DNA of 63,611 nt, the filler included, from Dimargaris cristalligena (Eukaryota): assembly GCA_003614675.1 (NCBI GenBank). It is 6 parts of 6 records of this genome, joined end to end, with 100 filler letters (N's around TTAATTAATTAA, not from the genome) between each part and the next. Parts side by side here need not be neighbours in the genome. Positions count along the whole stretch, not along the records: positions 53,136 to 63,611 come from ML003176.1; 5 more parts are not named here. One strand, 5' to 3'. The translations under genes and the position numbers were made by a program. The notes below the pieces were generated by a model. That model did not search any database. It worked only from the letters and a program-made list of their open reading frames with translations, and had not been told where the DNA came from. The number at the start of each line of letters is the position of its first letter. The first letter of the stretch is position 1. This document shows positions 58,736-63,611 of the stretch, in pieces.

Positions 58736-58867
58736 ATATGGGAGAAGTTCATCCAAGCTGTATAACGAAAAATCCATTAGATTCGGCCAATATTACTAGT
58801 TAAAAATACATTTCCCATACACATATAATGTAAACCCTTATATAGCCGGGCTGAATTTCACCCATAT
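58736..58867. mobile_element. MITE copy (opposite orientation to 32649-32792)
   Basis: ATATGGGAGAAGTTCATCCAAGCTGTATAACGAAAAATCCA...TTATATAGCCGGGCTGAATTTCACCCATAT. Confidence 0.8.
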
Positions 58868-59483
58868 GCTACTTATCCCCCCCAATCCCCCTCACTAGGG
58901 TCAAAAATACAGGATATGTAAATATATAATTTGAAGCCCACCACATGTATGTAATCGAGACTATTGCTTTCGAAACGTTCCTGGACCCCACCCTTGACGT
59001 GCATCCCCCACCCCCTACCGTATGGCCATATCTACGGCCACACCTGTGTCACCCACTCCTATTCTAGGAGTCCTTTTGACCAGCGTAGGATTGGCCAATT
59101 CGTTTGGCCCAGGTGGAATAAGCCGCCATTGGCGTGGTCTCCGCTTAGGAGACGCACCTTCTGCCATGATGATAACTAGGGATGGAGGGGGGTCTCCTTA
59201 CCATTTTTATTATATAAAATAGCGACGAATTTCCCTCTCCCCCTATCCGCATAACCATTTTTAGTAACTTGAGCTCTATTTGGCATTCCTTCCCCTGCCC
59301 ACTGTTAATATTCGCACACTGAAACCATACCCGGCTGCTTATATACTATCTCTCCGGTAGTCTATTTTCTTCATTACCTCTATAGACAGAATCGGTTTAG
59401 CACTGAAGACTGAATCCCCCTCCCCACTATTGTATATAGGCTTTTTTAAAAAATATATATTGCATTTCGGTACCTAGTAAGAA

Positions 59484-59822
59484 ATGTGCACCCGTTCGCC
59501 CAACCTAACTCTGCTGTGTTTGGTGGCATGGCTGCTAATGACCTGCGTCAATTTCGTAGCACAGGCCCACCCTACTCTTCTCGACTCGACCCAATATAGT
59601 CATTCCGTGAACGAATGCTCTAGCGGTCATGGTTCCTTGCCTGTGAATTTCCGGACCATGGATGTTGACAATACTACCCCAATGACCAACGAATGTTTTC
59701 TATTTCGGGAGCCTAAACAGTATTGGTGTGCTTGGTGTCGTGGATTATTCACTATGAAGGAATTGCGCTGGCATCAAAATGGCCGCTGCCCTAAAATGGA
59801 AAATAATGGGGTTGCGGCGTAA
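59484..59822 (+). CDS. Small secreted protein with a single C-terminal C2HC zinc finger
   Basis: Strong signal peptide (LTLLCLVAWLLMTCVNFVAQA|HPT), HGSLPVN, YWCAWCRGLFTMKELRWHQNGRCP. TATATAAAAT at ~59211. Confidence 0.72.
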   Translation: MCTRSPNLTLLCLVAWLLMTCVNFVAQAHPTLLDSTQYSHSVNECSSGHGSLPVNFRTMDVDNTTPMTNECFLFREPKQYWCAWCRGLFTMKELRWHQNGRCPKMENNGVAA

Positions 59823-60152
59823 TCATTCTCTACCCCTAGGTTAAAATGAGATTCATTAATTATTATCATTTTCATCGGATATTACTTGAAGAGTTCCTTG
59901 GTTATTACTAGGTCTTCCTAATAAATTAGTGAGCTTGGGTACTGGGTTTATTTATATGCAATTTAGGGGGGGGGGCATTGGAAGAAGACGGGCATTTCGG
60001 AAGAGTGTCAATATTTCGGATATACTTTGACCTTACTGGGTTTTCTGAAACCGAGAATTTCATCCGGGCTATAGGAGCGGAGGCGATAGGGTAGAGCATT
60101 AACCCATCGTTGGCGTTAGTAATGCATCGATACTTGCAAAATGAAGATCTTA

Positions 60153-60296
60153 ATATGGATGAAATTCAGTCCAGCTATCAAAGGTTTTGCATGGCATCTA
60201 TTTGGGAAAATAGGCGGTTGATCTATTTTCAGCCAGCAATAGTTGCCTCATCCAACTGATTTTTCGTTATACAGCCTAGTTGAATCTCGCCCAAAT
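60153..60296. mobile_element. MITE copy
   Basis: ATATGGATGAAATTCAGTCCAGC...GCCTCATC..GATTTTTCGTTATACAGCCTAGTTGAATCTCGCCCAAAT; 144 bp, like the 32649 copy. Confidence 0.75.
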
Positions 60297-60920
60297 GGTA
60301 TTCATTAGAGATGAACGCGGAAGTTGGGAATGGGTAGGGTACAGTATCGATATGAATGATTACCTAGTGGTTGTCCCTTAATAGACTATAAAATAGGTAA
60401 AATACAAATGTAAGTAATGTAAATTAAAGCCTAGCCACTGCAAAGATGTAGTGCTCACTGACTTTGCTAAATAGCCATGTCTGTGGAATAGTCGCGTCGG
60501 CCAAACAATTTCAAACGATAACATCCAGGCCGGTGACTTCATTATCTACTGTGCATTGGTTTGGTTGGCTGGATTTGATAGTAAATAGGGTTCTATGGTT
60601 TCTTGTTGAGTCCATGGCGTTGTTAAAAAGAAGTGATGGACTGTAAGTTGGCACACCTAGGGGAGCGAGGTATATCGGGTGTGTTTTTTCATACCATTGA
60701 TAATAACCCTCAGCCATATTCCAGTTTACTGTGGCTAATAGCTTCCCATTCACCATATTGTCTCCTTTCTATTTACCATTAAGCCTGTCTACACTTCCGT
60801 CTTTTAACTCTGTATTGCTAACACCATCACCACACCCCCCCTTAGACGCTACTTATATCCCAAATGCGCTAGTCAACTATTTGGCATTTGCTTGCACCAC
60901 GATCACTGCTGACCAGTCCC

Positions 60921-62039
60921 ATGTCCGGCGAATTGGCCCCCGATTCGTTGATCGAATGCTTCGGCTGCGGCAAGAACATCTCGGACTTTGGTATCCACGA
61001 GCGAACCCGCCACGTTGAGCGCTGTCTGGGACTCGCGGATTCCAGTCCTCCGCCGTTGTTGGCTACGTCTTTCCCCACCCCTCTGTCTCGCAATAGCGAG
61101 GTTAACGATGTCCCGGATGGGGCGGACTTTAAACCGGCCGCCAAACGCACCCCTGCCGCGGCAGGCCAGCGTAGCAACTTGCATCATTTCTGGAACTCGC
61201 CCACCCCACCACGTCCCAGTGCGGCTAGTGGCAATACCAATGATCCATCGCCCGGCCGGGATGGTCAAACTCCGCCTGACCAGTCCCCGGAAAAGACCAT
61301 CGCCTTGGTAGCTCGGCCATACGGTAAGGTAGCTTCTTTGATACGCAGTGGCAGCCTGCCTCCGGCGTCAAAGCAATCGACCCAATCTAAACCCACCTGC
61401 CCTGGTCGTAGCCGAAATTCCAAGGAGAAGGACCCTGACCTGGACCTGGCATTGGCCCTTTCGGCATCATTGACACGACCATTGCCCTCGACAAAGTCCG
61501 CTTCTTCTAACGCACTTACCCGGTCCCGCTCGACCGGTTTAATGAACCGAACCAGGGGCAAAGGGAAGGTAGCTACTGTTTCCCAAACCCGGCTGAGTCG
61601 ACCAGGTCTCGAAGGGGAGAGCCAATTAGATGTGGCTGCCCACGGCGGAGACGGATCACCAGCGGCAGATGCAAAGGGAAAGCCGCCGCCCCAAATAACG
61701 GTTTGGCCGGTGACGGCGGCCCAGCAAATTGGCCAACAGAATCTCTGGATTCTTATCAATAGCCATAAAAAGCAAGCCGAAGGAACAGCCCCACCTCACC
61801 AAGATCCACTAGGCACCACCGCCTTGACTTCACGGGTGCGAGACCATTTGGACTGCCTACGAGGGAAACGAGCTGAGGCTCATGGTTGCCCCTGTGAGCG
61901 ACCCTCTTTATGGGAGCTTGCCAGCCGGTGTGATAGTCATTCTATGTTTAGATCACATCCTAGGCCTCCGATCCAGTGCCCCAACAACAATCTTCGGTGT
62001 CGCCTTGCCCACCCCTACCTCTGCTCATTTTTACTTTAA
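60921..62039 (+). CDS. UBZ4 zinc-finger protein, SLX4-like (first exon; gene probably continues downstream)
   Basis: CFGCGKNISDFGIHERTRHVERCL (UBZ4-type). DLDLALALSASL and PSLWELAS resemble the LxxAMALSRS and FLWEGS motifs of the metazoan SLX4 MLR region. Downstream exons are not resolved. Confidence 0.55.
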   Translation: MSGELAPDSLIECFGCGKNISDFGIHERTRHVERCLGLADSSPPPLLATSFPTPLSRNSEVNDVPDGADFKPAAKRTPAAAGQRSNLHHFWNSPTPPRPSAASGNTNDPSPGRDGQTPPDQSPEKTIALVARPYGKVASLIRSGSLPPASKQSTQSKPTCPGRSRNSKEKDPDLDLALALSASLTRPLPSTKSASSNALTRSRSTGLMNRTRGKGKVATVSQTRLSRPGLEGESQLDVAAHGGDGSPAADAKGKPPPQITVWPVTAAQQIGQQNLWILINSHKKQAEGTAPPHQDPLGTTALTSRVRDHLDCLRGKRAEAHGCPCERPSLWELASRCDSHSMFRSHPRPPIQCPNNNLRCRLAHPYLCSFLL

Positions 62040-63611
62040 GCAACGTCCGTCTGAAGCGAAATTTAGGCTGATTATCATTGCATCAATAGGCAGTTTGGTA
62101 CCCTAATGTCTTTATTTCACTACTCTTGTGTATATTTTTATAATGTGGGCTTTTTGCTGATGGTAAATTATTCTATCAAATTTCGGCAAACACTCCTAAC
62201 CTTTCCATTACCACCAACAACCCGCCTGTTACTCCCCAACTATGCATTTTTCTCTATAAAATTATAATCTAGATTTAAAATCTTTTTTGACTAGCTGGCC
62301 ATGGCCCGTCGTAGTAACATCCATATTTATTAGTATCAATTACCATAGTGATTTGCTAATTTAATTTACCGATGCTACTATTAAACCAGACCATACGGCT
62401 AGGCGAACGGCGACTCTGGCTTGAAGCCCACCACTATATGACTCACCTAAGGTCTATGCTGTCACCGGCTCATAACAGGTTGGTTTTTCCCCCTCACAGC
62501 AATGGATTGGCCAATAGCATACAACTGGACTTCAACTACATTAATTGCACCAGCCTAATTACTTTCTCCTCCTGTAAACCCTTGGTTGGTGCTCAACTGG
62601 CCTGGCCTATTGCTTTTCCAAACTGATATGAATACCACTTGCCTGAGCTTCCAATACGTAAAGTGTTTATTGAGGCTATGCCATACACACAGCTCCGCGC
62701 TGTTTGAGAAGGGGGATGAGTCTTTTATGAAGTTTGGCGCCCCTTCAGCCGGGCAACCTTAATTCGAAAGGCTGAGATGGGTGTAATTTAGATAGGCATG
62801 TTATTCGAAACAACCACCCCTTCATGCAGAAGAGCTGCGTGAGCTCACTGATGATTCATCTTTTTGAACTTTTACGTAGTAAACTAGTGCTATAAAAATC
62901 CATTCAAAGTGCGACCCCCTGGAATAAATCATCTGCAGTAATGCAACTCCTACTCTCGGTCCATTCAGCATTCCCTCTTCTCCAACCTCTTATTCTTACT
63001 GCTGTCGTTCTCTTTAACCTAATTAACTGACCTTAATTTATTCTCTCTTTGATTCGCTCTCGGTAATAATCCCCCATTGGCCCAGCCAGTCTACTGTTTC
63101 TCTACGGGATTCAGCTGCTATCAACCTACCAGCGCAATTCAATCAGCGTGCATTCCTAAAAATCTGCCCTTATTACTAGCCAATCCCTCCAGTTCCGGCA
63201 TTATCGGAATCACCCAGCCCTATAACCTTTGACATTCACGTTGCCAGTCGTTCCCCGGACCCGACCTAACTCCCAGTTCCTTTTTCGATATCCACCATGG
63301 TGGTAAGTTGCCGGCCTGCCAGGCCTCTCTCACTCTACCACTGGCCCAAGCCGAGTCTATACTGGGCCAAACACACTGTACTTGCCTTGTCCTACACGGC
63401 CAGCGTGTATTTGGCATTATCCGATTTTTTGAATTCCTGGGAAAGTCACGTAGTGCTCTAAAATCCAAAATTAAGCACAGGCTAGATTAAGTCACGGTAT
63501 TCCCACTTATGTCTTTCATTCTCTTTTCTATGCCATTATCCAACCAAAACCCCACCACCCCTCGGAGAACAACCCGACTTCCGGTCACCCCACTCCGGGT
63601 GGCAATCCGCC

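Noticed and set aside
1..63611. tRNA, rRNA, CRISPR arrays or prokaryotic operons
   Set aside because: None recognisable by eye; tRNAscan-SE/Infernal would be needed to exclude small ncRNAs.

Overview
Eukaryotic fungal DNA with GT-AG introns and GC3-rich genes. It is probably an early-diverging, Zoopagomycota/Dimargaris-like lineage, but this is inference. The window is not one locus: six unrelated ~10.5-kb contigs (10544, 10540, 10523, 10519, 10509 and 10476 bp, sorted by size) are joined by artificial 100-bp N-TTAATTAATTAA-N linkers. Recognisable genes are CCZ1, an M28 leucine aminopeptidase, a class I glutamine amidotransferase with a 21-nt micro-exon, SPT6, mitoribosomal mS23/RSM25, a type II P-type cation ATPase, the 5' part of an ABCC transporter and an SLX4-like UBZ protein. 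Accessory DNA holds a dead DD34D mariner with TIRs, a ~140-bp MITE family, a catalase pseudogene, CpG-depleted relics and a foreign-looking two-ORF island. Four observations stand out. (1) Signal-peptide + zinc-finger genes occur on two contigs and are candidate secreted nuclear effectors. (2) A Kex2/Ste13-type precursor encodes a cationic amphipathic peptide. (3) A GPI-type mucin carries a CS-alpha-beta defensin-like module. (4) The mariner shows RIP-like C-to-T/TpA mutation.
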